This document shows positions 27,309 through 35,276 of a stretch of 64,000 nt of DNA, one piece after another. The notes below the pieces were generated by a model. It was not told the DNA's origin, did no database searches, and worked only from the letters and a program-made list of their open reading frames with translations. The translations under genes and the position numbers were made by a program. Position 1 is the first letter of the stretch. Every line of letters begins with the position of its first letter. The DNA is from a virus (taxonomy: Duplodnaviria > Caudoviricetes): positions 1-64,000 of the IMG/VR virus record IMGVR_UViG_3300006099_000007; one strand, given 5' to 3'.

Positions 27309-27662
27309 ATGGAAAAATTTAGAGATGAGCTGAAAAGTTGGATGAAAGAATCAGGAAAAAGCCGTGACTGGGTGGCTGAAAAATTGGGTGTTGGTAAAAG
27401 AACAGTAGATTCTTGGTTTTCCTATAAGCAGATTCCAGAAAAAAAGCAAAAGTTGCTCCGGGAATTGATGGAGAAAGAGCAACAACCGAAGCAGGTTGAG
27501 ATCAGTATGGATTTTACGCCGGAACAACTGGAAATGATCCGTCAGGCTGCGGCGTTGAGGGGGGAAACTCCCGGAGAATGGTGTGAGCGGGCGATTAAGG
27601 CCTTAACTGCTGTGTCCGTAGCCCTGAATGATTATCACCGGTTAGGCGGGAAGGGAGGATAA
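27309..27662 (+). CDS. HTH repressor-like regulator, cassette B
   Basis: SRDWVAEKLGVGKRTVDSWF Xre-type HTH plus the same C-terminal domain as 26602..26958. Confidence 0.75.
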   Translation: MEKFRDELKSWMKESGKSRDWVAEKLGVGKRTVDSWFSYKQIPEKKQKLLRELMEKEQQPKQVEISMDFTPEQLEMIRQAAALRGETPGEWCERAIKALTAVSVALNDYHRLGGKGG

Positions 27663-27690
27663 AAAAGCCGTGCCTGGTGAGAGGCACGGC
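27661..27690 (-). terminator. Intrinsic terminator
   Basis: GCCGTGCCT/AGGCACGGC stem preceded by A6, downstream of the BRCT gene. Confidence 0.65.
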
Positions 27691-27709
27691 GGAAGGAAAT
27701 GCAGATATA

Positions 27710-28633
27710 TTATAGAACTTCTCTTAGTAGCTCTTCACGTTTTTTCCCCGATTCTATTTCCGCTTCTTCCCAAAATTCCTGTTCTGTGATGATAACAGTA
27801 GGAGAACCCGGTTCCATAGCATGGGCCAGTTTTCCGCCGATATTTCCGTGTTTGTAAGCTGTTGACCCTTCAGCGCACCATATCAGGAGGTCTGCTCTGG
27901 AGCTTTTACTTGATATTCCGCCGCCTAAATTTTCCACAATTTTTTCTAAATGTTTCCGTTGCGCATAAGGTGATTTCCCGGTGAATAGGCACCAAGTCCT
28001 TTTGAAAGCCGGCCAGTTTTTTGATTCATGGGAGGCGGTGCGTTGGCGAGATATCCATGATTCTGATTTTGCAAGAAGAGTATCAGAACCAAAAGGTTTA
28101 AGAAAAAGTAACATGCGGATTTTTCCTTTTCCTGTTTCTAAATAACTGGTCATGATTTCCCGCGCGGTTTTATAGGGTTGCCAAGTAGATATTTTTTCTG
28201 ATTCAGGAGGCAAAAAAGAAATAAGACGGGAGATAAGTTCTGCGGTGATTGAAGATGAATAGCTGAGGGAAAACAAGTGTTTAGCAAGGTGATTCCATAA
28301 ATGATTGTAATAAAGGAGTTTTTCTTTATCTCGGCTAATGGGATTTCTGTCTTGTATCATTTTAAGAGATAAATTCCAGAAATCATAAGGAGAGAGGTTT
28401 TGTTCTTTTATAGCCCATAAAACTTCTGAAGCACCTGGCTGTTTTTTTAATCTTTGAAGAGTTGGAAGCACTTCTGGAATATCATCTAGATTTGGAGAGA
28501 GATTTAACAAATCGCAAGCAAGCATATATCCTGTAAATTCAAACAGGCAAATATCTGTTTTGCGAGAACCGCAGTTGTGAATGAATAGGGGGTTATCTTC
28601 GCTGTCAGATAGCGTATATGAAATGGTTACCAT
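27710..28633 (-). CDS. Low-GC accessory protein with C-terminal BRCT domain
   Basis: CLFTGK..RKHLE..VENLGG.I..S.RADLLI...GGKL..A.....IITEQEFW BRCT pattern; start 28633 assumed. Confidence 0.7.
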   Translation of the reverse strand: MVTISYTLSDSEDNPLFIHNCGSRKTDICLFEFTGYMLACDLLNLSPNLDDIPEVLPTLQRLKKQPGASEVLWAIKEQNLSPYDFWNLSLKMIQDRNPISRDKEKLLYYNHLWNHLAKHLFSLSYSSSITAELISRLISFLPPESEKISTWQPYKTAREIMTSYLETGKGKIRMLLFLKPFGSDTLLAKSESWISRQRTASHESKNWPAFKRTWCLFTGKSPYAQRKHLEKIVENLGGGISSKSSRADLLIWCAEGSTAYKHGNIGGKLAHAMEPGSPTVIITEQEFWEEAEIESGKKREELLREVL

Positions 28634-28646
28634 GATTGCAGGATGG

Positions 28647-29045
28647 TTATTTTTTGACGATACAGACAAGAAGCTTGATGATGCTGGCAGCAACAAGCCA
28701 CCCCATGGAAAGAAGAAGGGCAAGCAGGATAATAAGGCCAAATCCGGCCAGAGGTATGCGGGATATTTCCGGTACTGGATAAGTGCGGATGCCGGTGATA
28801 AGAGTTCCGATGAAGGTTAATACCGCAAAAAAGATGCAGACATTGGCCGTTCCGGTGGCAAGGGAAAGGGCGGATTCCTGTTCAGAGGCTTTATCCTTTC
28901 CCTTTTTGGAATTGGGGGCTGTCTGGCTGATGACGGTAGGAATAGCCGTGAAACTGTGCTGGCAGTGCGGGCAAATGCAGGGCTTGCCGACATAGTGATC
29001 CGGGCAGGTGATATTATTGTTACAGTTTGGACAAGTAGTGTTCAT
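28647..29045 (-). CDS. Zinc-ribbon membrane protein
   Basis: CPNC...CPHC at the N-terminus, two hydrophobic helices at the C-terminus. Confidence 0.7.
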   Translation of the reverse strand: MNTTCPNCNNNITCPDHYVGKPCICPHCQHSFTAIPTVISQTAPNSKKGKDKASEQESALSLATGTANVCIFFAVLTFIGTLITGIRTYPVPEISRIPLAGFGLIILLALLLSMGWLVAASIIKLLVCIVKK

Positions 29046-29199
29046 TGGTGAAATATCCTATATTTAGCTTAATTTTGAAGGTGCGGACAAGTTTTTTTTA
29101 TAATGTTAGAATTGATGCTGGCCAAGCAGAGTGAAGGGGAAAACATAAAAAGCCCATGGCTGGAGCCATGGGCTTGCGGGAAAAAGCTGGTGTGACAAG

Positions 29200-29571
29200 T
29201 CAGATGAGGGCAAGATTGTTATCCTGCAACGCACTCTGAAGACGTTCCGCTTCCTTTGGAGTGAGGGGCGTCCGGTTTTTGATACGGGCATTCAGGGTAC
29301 GTTGTTCCAAGCCAATGAGCCGGGCTATGGCCGATTTATTGAGCAGGGCGGAGGCGCGGGCCAGGCTTTCAATAGTAGGGGGAGGAAGGGGAATGGGGCG
29401 GTTGATGGCGCGGGCCGTTTCCAGCCAGTCCTGAATAGCGCGCTTGGCTTCCGCCAGGGCAGCTTCTTCCGTAGGGCCGTCCGCCATGCAGCCGGGAAGC
29501 TGGGGGACGGTGGCGATGAAAGAGGCATCTTCATCGCTCCATTCGATGTTGATCGTGTAGTGCGGGGTCAT
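29200..29571 (-). CDS. hicB: HicB-family antitoxin with C-terminal HTH
   Basis: EWSDED..FIA.VPQLPGC.ADG.T.E.AL..A..AI..WLE signature. Confidence 0.9.
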   Translation of the reverse strand: MTPHYTINIEWSDEDASFIATVPQLPGCMADGPTEEAALAEAKRAIQDWLETARAINRPIPLPPPTIESLARASALLNKSAIARLIGLEQRTLNARIKNRTPLTPKEAERLQSALQDNNLALI

Positions 29572-29828
29572 AGCGTTTTATGGAGGTTGTATTGGTTGAT
29601 AATGGTTCTTATCTGTTTGAGCTGGTAGGGTTTGGCTTTTCCATTGGGGCCGGGTTGGATGTTAATAATCTCTGGGATCTTTTCATGCCAGGCGACCATA
29701 TGGGAACCTCCAGTTTGCCTGAATTGAAAATGGAGATGGGAGAGCAATTTGGTTGCTTCTTCAAAAGTGACGTTCCCTGTTTTGTCAGGGTTCATGATTT
29801 TTTCCAGAAGCTTTTTCTTGCTGCTCAT
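29568..29828 (-). CDS. hicA: HicA-family mRNA interferase toxin
   Basis: GGSH catalytic motif, KAKPYQLKQI; upstream of and overlapping hicB. Confidence 0.9.
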   Translation of the reverse strand: MSSKKKLLEKIMNPDKTGNVTFEEATKLLSHLHFQFRQTGGSHMVAWHEKIPEIINIQPGPNGKAKPYQLKQIRTIINQYNLHKTL

Positions 29829-30034
29829 GTTTCGATATTACCTTTTTTAGAAAATCAAGCAAGGAAAATATTTCTCAATTTAGAAATATGAAGATTCCAG
29901 ATAGGAGTTTGTTACGGATGAATGAGTTTGGATGACTCTCTGAAGCTGGCCTTTTTTCTCTTTCTGCTCAAATAGTTCTTGCCTTTTGGCTTCCGACGGT
30001 GTTTACTCCCTTGCGCAGTCCCTGCAAACCTAAT

Positions 30035-30110
30035 GTCGCGTTCGTCTAGCGGTCCAGGACTCCCGCCTTTCACGCGGGCAACACGGGTTCGAGTCCCGTA
30101 CGCGATGCCA
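30035..30110 (+). tRNA. tRNA-Glu (anticodon TTC), CCA encoded
   Basis: Full cloverleaf: acceptor GTCGCGT/ACGCGAT, anticodon arm CCCGC-CTTTCAC-GCGGG, T arm ACGGG-TTCGAGT-CCCGT. Confidence 0.96.
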
Positions 30111-30127
30111 GTTTCTCTATTCTTTCC

Positions 30128-30159
30128 GGCGTCATGAGCAGTTCATGACGCCTTTTTTT
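30128..30159 (+). terminator. Intrinsic terminator after tRNA-Glu
   Basis: GGCGTCATGA/TCATGACGCC stem plus T7. Confidence 0.85.
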
Positions 30160-30882
30160 GTGTTCTTCCGCGTCGTTGCCGCGTGCCGTTCTTCCCTTTC
30201 TCCCGCCTTCTTCTCCTTGTCCGTTTTTAAGGCGTTTTCACACTTTCATTTTAGATTTGGGAAGCGTCGTTCCTGTCCGAGAACGGCGCGCTTTTGTGCG
30301 GATTGAAAGGGGGCGTGGGGTTTTGAAGAGTGCTTCGCAAGGAGGAACATGCCGGAGCGTGGGCAGATAACGGCGCGTTTTTGAAACGTGGCGCAGGATG
30401 ACGGCGCAGGGAATAAGCGTTTGATGATAAGATGAATATGTATCTTATAGCGTACTTGCGTACTTATTACCGGATAATAACGGATAGAAGAATGATATAT
30501 AAAAAAGATTCCGAAAAGAAAACACGGGGCAAGGGCGCGAACGGCACGCAGGCAAGGCCGGCATGGGGAAGGCAGGGCCGCCATGCGGGCGCATGATGGC
30601 AGGTGCCGGGTGGGCGGCAAGGAATCTTTTAATTGAGGGGCCCTGATCGCGGAGTTCGGCGGACACAGGGAAAGGCGGGAGTGTTCATGAAGGGATTTTT
30701 TTAGCGCACCATGAAGGGGAATGGTCATGTTTTTGTTCGCGTGGGTCTGCGGTTTTTTCGCAAAAGCGGACGGATGGCGGCGTTTTTTTCGTCTTCCGGG
30801 CGGCGGACGGGGGAAAGAGGCTGATTTGGAGGGCGTTTTTTCGTTTTTGAAAATTTCGCTTAATAGTAGAGGGAGCGAAGTT

Positions 30883-31491
30883 ATGGGACAGAAGAGAGAC
30901 AGAGTAAACGGCGCGCTGAAGAAGGCTTTCGCGGAGAAGAATGGAAAGTCTTTGCGTTGGGCGCAGATAGAAGCGGCCAAGGATTCCCCTGCATGGAGGG
31001 GTTTTCTGGCAGAGCAGTTTCCGCCGTCACCTGCGAAAGCGGACGGAGGCGGCGGAGAGGGCGCGCCCATGGGCGGCGCGTCCGATTTGGCGCGGGCAGG
31101 GGAGGCGAAGGAAAGCGCATGGCAGATTTTGAAGAGGATGGAAGAGCAACTGGAAACGGCCGCCCGGTCCGGTGACGTGGGGTTGATTGCGTCGTTCACC
31201 CGTGCCGTGCGCGAAGCGCGCGCGAATTGGGAGCGGGCCGGCCTGCATGAGCAGAGGCTTCAGGAGGCGGCCGGAAGTCTGGTGCCGGTCCATGTGTTTC
31301 ACGAGATGCGGACGCGGGGCGTTGCGCCGCTGGCGGAGCTGATGGCGCAGCAGAGGGACTTTATTGGTTCCCGGCTGGAGGCGGCCGGACGGCCGCGTTT
31401 TTATGAAGCCTGGGACGAATGGGCGCGGGAGTGGAACAGGAAGATTGATGACCTGAACGCGGAAATAAACGGATTGTTGAATCATGTTTAG
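30883..31491 (+). CDS. Putative terminase small subunit
   Basis: Overlaps the terminase large start; resembles 173..754; ATG after SD GAGGG. Confidence 0.6.
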   Translation: MGQKRDRVNGALKKAFAEKNGKSLRWAQIEAAKDSPAWRGFLAEQFPPSPAKADGGGGEGAPMGGASDLARAGEAKESAWQILKRMEEQLETAARSGDVGLIASFTRAVREARANWERAGLHEQRLQEAAGSLVPVHVFHEMRTRGVAPLAELMAQQRDFIGSRLEAAGRPRFYEAWDEWAREWNRKIDDLNAEINGLLNHV

Positions 31492-33229
31492 CAAGTTGAA
31501 GATACATGAGAAGCCGGGCGTGGTGGAGTGGGCGGAAAGATGCCTGGTCCTGCCGCGGGAGACTTCACCGAACGCGCCGGGGCGGTTTTCCACGGCGCGC
31601 ATGCCGTATATGCGGGAACCGCTGGAAAGCATCAGGGAAGAGGGGTTGCAGCATATTTACTGGTGTTTCGGCACGCAGTCCGGCAAGACGGTTTCGCTGT
31701 TGATTGCGGCGGCGTATTTTATTGACAATGACCCCGCGCCCATGTTGTGGGCGTTGCCTACGGAAATTCTTGCCAGGTCGTTTTCACGGGCGCGGCTCCA
31801 GCCGCTTATATCCAAGAATGATGTGCTGGCGCGGCATAAGCGGCGTGACCCTGACGCCTTCACGGCGGCGGAAATGCGCCTGGATTCCATGGAACTTTAC
31901 ATGGTTGGGGTGTCGGAGCCGGGCAATTTGTCCAGCAGGCCCATTATGCGCTGCGTGATGGACGAGGAAGCGAAGTATAAGCATGAGAATAAGGAAGAAG
32001 CGCACCCGGTGGACCTGATTGAAGAGCGCGCGAAGGGCTTTCACCGGTATCAGATTCTGCATGCGTCCACGCCTTCTTCCGAAGATTCTTATTTCTGGCA
32101 GAATTTTATTACCACGGACATGCGGAAGTTTTATGTGCCGTGTCCGCGCTGCGGGGAAATGATGCCCCTGGAGTTTAGCCGGAATACGGTGCAATGGGAA
32201 AGGCGGGAGGATCTGGAAGGGGATGCGCTGGCGGATTGGGTGCAGGATCATACGTTTTACGTGTGCCCGCATTGCGAGGGCCGGGTGGAGGATTGGGAGA
32301 AGATTGGGATGATGGAAAAGGGGGAGTGGCGGCCGACGAATCCGAACGCCTCCCGCGCGCGGCGGGGGTATCACCTGAATTCCCTTTATTCCCCGTTTGT
32401 GACATGGGGGCAGACGGCGCGGAAGTTCATCGTGGCTCAAAATGACCTGTTCCGGCAGGTGGCCCTGCACAATTTCCGGAACGGCTGGGAGGCGTTGCCG
32501 TTTACGCAGTATGAAATCAAGGTGGGGGATGACAGTGTGCGGGGGCTGCGCGGTGTGTGCCGGCGCGGAGAGTTGCCGCGGCATTATTATTATATGGTAG
32601 TGGCCTATGACCCCGGCCAGAATCAAACTCACTGGGTGGCGCAGGCGATAGGGCGCGGCGGGGAAACATGGGTGGTTGATTGGGGGACCCTGCTGGGCAT
32701 CAGCACGACGGACGCGACGCCGGGCATAGGGGCCCATTTTGAAAGCCTGGAGTGGGGCGGGGTGCGTCCTGATTTTGGGCTGATTGATTCCGGGGATTGG
32801 GCGCAGAAGGTTTATGACGAGTGTTATAAGTATTACGGCAAGCTATGGCCTACGAAGGGGAGCGGCGCGAATTTCGGAAGCTGGAATGTTAGCGAAGTGA
32901 AGTCGCATCCGGGGCTGGAGCTTTATTTGTACGTGGACCGCACCGCCAAAATGGAGCTTTACGCGGGGCGCATCCAGAAAGGGGCGGCTCCGGCCCTGCA
33001 TTTGCCGGAAGATGCGGATCAGGATTTGCTGGCCGGATTGTCCGGGCAGCAGCTTGAGAAGCCAAGGGGCGGCGGCCTGGCGCAATGGCGGAAGCTGCCG
33101 AATGACCATTATGGAGACTGCGTAAAAATCGGGCAGGTGTCCTGGTGGGTGCGGCGCGGGGATTTTTACGCGGAAGAAATGAACGCGATTGAAGAAAGGA
33201 AGCAGAATGAGGGAGTACCGGAAGAATGA
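31484..33229 (+). CDS. Terminase large subunit, lambda GpA family
   Basis: TQSGKT, MDEE, CPRC/CPHC, YDPG, IDSG, NDHYGDC; long identical stretches with 748..2472 (LPRETSPNAPG, GYHLNSLYSPFV). Confidence 0.93.
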   Translation: MFSKLKIHEKPGVVEWAERCLVLPRETSPNAPGRFSTARMPYMREPLESIREEGLQHIYWCFGTQSGKTVSLLIAAAYFIDNDPAPMLWALPTEILARSFSRARLQPLISKNDVLARHKRRDPDAFTAAEMRLDSMELYMVGVSEPGNLSSRPIMRCVMDEEAKYKHENKEEAHPVDLIEERAKGFHRYQILHASTPSSEDSYFWQNFITTDMRKFYVPCPRCGEMMPLEFSRNTVQWERREDLEGDALADWVQDHTFYVCPHCEGRVEDWEKIGMMEKGEWRPTNPNASRARRGYHLNSLYSPFVTWGQTARKFIVAQNDLFRQVALHNFRNGWEALPFTQYEIKVGDDSVRGLRGVCRRGELPRHYYYMVVAYDPGQNQTHWVAQAIGRGGETWVVDWGTLLGISTTDATPGIGAHFESLEWGGVRPDFGLIDSGDWAQKVYDECYKYYGKLWPTKGSGANFGSWNVSEVKSHPGLELYLYVDRTAKMELYAGRIQKGAAPALHLPEDADQDLLAGLSGQQLEKPRGGGLAQWRKLPNDHYGDCVKIGQVSWWVRRGDFYAEEMNAIEERKQNEGVPEE

Positions 33230-33602
33230 CGTGCTGGAGAGGCTGAAGGCGGCTTTGGAAGCAGGGCTGTATAAGGCGCGGTTGCTGAAAAAGCATGGGC
33301 TGCCTCCGGATACGCCGGCGCGGCTGTTGGAGGGGGAATGGCTGCACCCTGAATGCGCGGGGCTGAATGCGGCGTGGAAAGATTTTTGGGACAAGCGGCA
33401 GGCGTTTTTCTGGACGTTGAAACAGTACCACGCGGAGCGGGGCCGGGAGGTTCCGGAATTGGTGAAGGTTCTTTTTGATGCGTTCGTAGAACGGTTGTCG
33501 CTGGCGTTTGATGAAGAGGCGTTGAGGTCGGCTTTTCAGGATGTGCTGGAACAGGTGGAACAGTCTGTTACGGATGATGTGCAAATGGAGTTTTATTTTT
33601 AG
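33207..33602 (+). CDS. Hypothetical helical protein inserted after terminase
   Basis: Overlaps the terminase stop; no counterpart in module 1. Confidence 0.55.
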   Translation: MREYRKNDVLERLKAALEAGLYKARLLKKHGLPPDTPARLLEGEWLHPECAGLNAAWKDFWDKRQAFFWTLKQYHAERGREVPELVKVLFDAFVERLSLAFDEEALRSAFQDVLEQVEQSVTDDVQMEFYF

Positions 33603-33695
33603 TGCGGGTTTTCCCGGTGGTGTGGTATAGTCCGGGCCGTTGACGGCAGGGAAGGGCCCTGCCGTAACGCTTAACCCCTAAATAGAAAGGTTTAT

Positions 33696-33761
33696 ATGCT
33701 CTATGTAAACCCCCTGTTGCTTGAGTGGCTTGGGCAGGTGCTTGTGCTCCTGATTGGCTAG
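33696..33761 (+). CDS. 21-aa hydrophobic peptide MLYVNPLLLEWLGQVLVLLIG (candidate type I toxin)
   Basis: SD AGAAAGG, upstream TGGTATAGT -10 and leader hairpin; not in the ORF track. Confidence 0.5.
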   Translation: MLYVNPLLLEWLGQVLVLLIG

Positions 33762-33806
33762 TCAAGCCCTCCCTCCCGAGTGCAAGCGGGAGGGAGGAAA
33801 AAGGGG

Positions 33807-33910
33807 TTGACGTTTTTCTTATATATGCTATAGGAGAATCAGCAGGGATTATAGAGCATCCCGCCTTTCTAAATAAACCCCGCGCCGTTGCACCGGTGCG
33901 GGGCTTTTTT
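33807..33910 (+). ncRNA. Candidate antitoxin sRNA or fold-back element for the 33696 peptide
   Basis: ATAGAGCAT (33851) and CCTTTCTA (33864) are complementary to the peptide's start region and SD; ends in a CCCCGC/GCGGGG hairpin plus T7. Confidence 0.4.
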
Positions 33911-33992
33911 TGTGGAAGATTTTTCAGGAGATCCCGAACCAGGCGGACCGGTTTGATGCGGATGGTGTTCAACTGGAGAGCGGGGAAGAGTG

Positions 33993-34892
33993 TTATTCTC
34001 CGTTTCTCTTAAGCTCTTTTAAGAAAGCTTCGTGTTCATCCGAAATGACTTCAAACGTGTTGTTGGTTGGTTTGACCCTACTGACATTTATTTGATCATC
34101 ATAAGAAATTTCATCGCTATAGGTGATTTTTATACCATTTTTTTCTCCTAAAGTAAGAGCGTTGATGCGTGATTGCGTCAATCCTTCAGGATAAGGGCAG
34201 TGCATCCCCAACATAACGCTTTTTATATACAGATTGAATCCTCTGATGAATACTAAACTATCTTCTACTTCTGCGGGAAATGAAGTTGGGATAATAATGC
34301 GTTGTTCTTTTTCATATGTCCAAGATTCATTTTTTGTAATAAAAATAGGGTTTATTTTGAATTCTATTTGATCTCCAGATGTAGTATATCCTGATAAAAT
34401 TCCATCGAATTTGGCACGTTCGTTCTGATAGTCAATATCCCATAGTATAACATAATTAGTTATTTCTTTTGTTTTTGGATTTTGTTTCGAAAAAAAATAG
34501 TCTCCTTCATGTTCTACCATCAATCGCCTATATATATAGGGATGCTCTTCTTTAGGATCTGATATTCTATTATAACTTTTTTGTTCCGGGAGCGAGGGAA
34601 ATCTGAAATGCACACAGCATCCTTTATGGTTATCAGCATAGTGTGCCCACATGGTGGGTGATTTATAGGTTTTGGTAAAGCTCAGGAAGCCGTATTCCTT
34701 ACGCAAATGATTGCTATCGAAAGAGGTATATCCGTCTGGCAATTTTGTTGGCGGGGCTGACATGAATTCGAATGGATCATTGCATTCTTCCGGGAAAAGG
34801 ACTTTGAGGCGCCCCTTTTCCAATGTTTTAATCATGTTCTCATAGGACATGAAGATGTAGGCATCAATGTATTTTATATTCTCTCCTGTCAT
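33993..34892 (-). CDS. DUF2971-like protein (low-GC moron)
   Basis: NDPFE and SFT......MWAHYADNHKG.C and K...W.YE.E.R signatures; opposite strand, AT-rich. Confidence 0.75.
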   Translation of the reverse strand: MTGENIKYIDAYIFMSYENMIKTLEKGRLKVLFPEECNDPFEFMSAPPTKLPDGYTSFDSNHLRKEYGFLSFTKTYKSPTMWAHYADNHKGCCVHFRFPSLPEQKSYNRISDPKEEHPYIYRRLMVEHEGDYFFSKQNPKTKEITNYVILWDIDYQNERAKFDGILSGYTTSGDQIEFKINPIFITKNESWTYEKEQRIIIPTSFPAEVEDSLVFIRGFNLYIKSVMLGMHCPYPEGLTQSRINALTLGEKNGIKITYSDEISYDDQINVSRVKPTNNTFEVISDEHEAFLKELKRNGE

Positions 34893-34962
34893 GGGAATAT
34901 ATGGAAAGATATGTGAGAAAGGAAGTCAATGACATTCGGGCGTTGTGGCGGATGATAGCGGG

Positions 34963-34986
34963 TTTTGAAAAAGCTCCTGAAGGGTA
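34963..34986 (+). promoter_or_regulatory. Module-2 repeated motif TTTTGAAAAAGCTCCTGAAGGGTA, copy 1
   Basis: Exact copies at 36809 and 48590; one mismatch at 40643. Confidence 0.7.
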
Positions 34987-35276
34987 TGAACCCTATTGTA
35001 CAGGCTTATGTGGAAAATTATGATTTGCCGGATTTGCAGGGAATGCTGCGGGAAAAGCTGGCGATTCTGGAAGGGCGCAAGGAAATAACCGGGGCCTCCA
35101 CAGGCGGCGGAACGTCCTACACCGCGCAGGAGACCATGAATTTAAAGGACCATATAGCCTGCTTGCAGGAGGCAATCACGGTCAAGAAGATGGAGGAAGG
35201 GGATTTTTCCGGCCTGGCCGCCGCGGATGACGGCGTGCGGGAAGTGCGGTTTGACCATACCATAACACGCTTTTGA
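34986..35276 (+). CDS. Head-tail joining protein (gpW-like)
   Basis: Homologue of 2476..2754; directly before the portal. Confidence 0.6.
   Translation: MNPIVQAYVENYDLPDLQGMLREKLAILEGRKEITGASTGGGTSYTAQETMNLKDHIACLQEAITVKKMEEGDFSGLAAADDGVREVRFDHTITRF

Noticed and set aside
30246-31199. 317-aa minus-strand ORF and the upstream extension of 30721..31491
   Set aside because: Low-complexity translation of a non-coding spacer; the real terS start is more likely 30883, after SD and motif.
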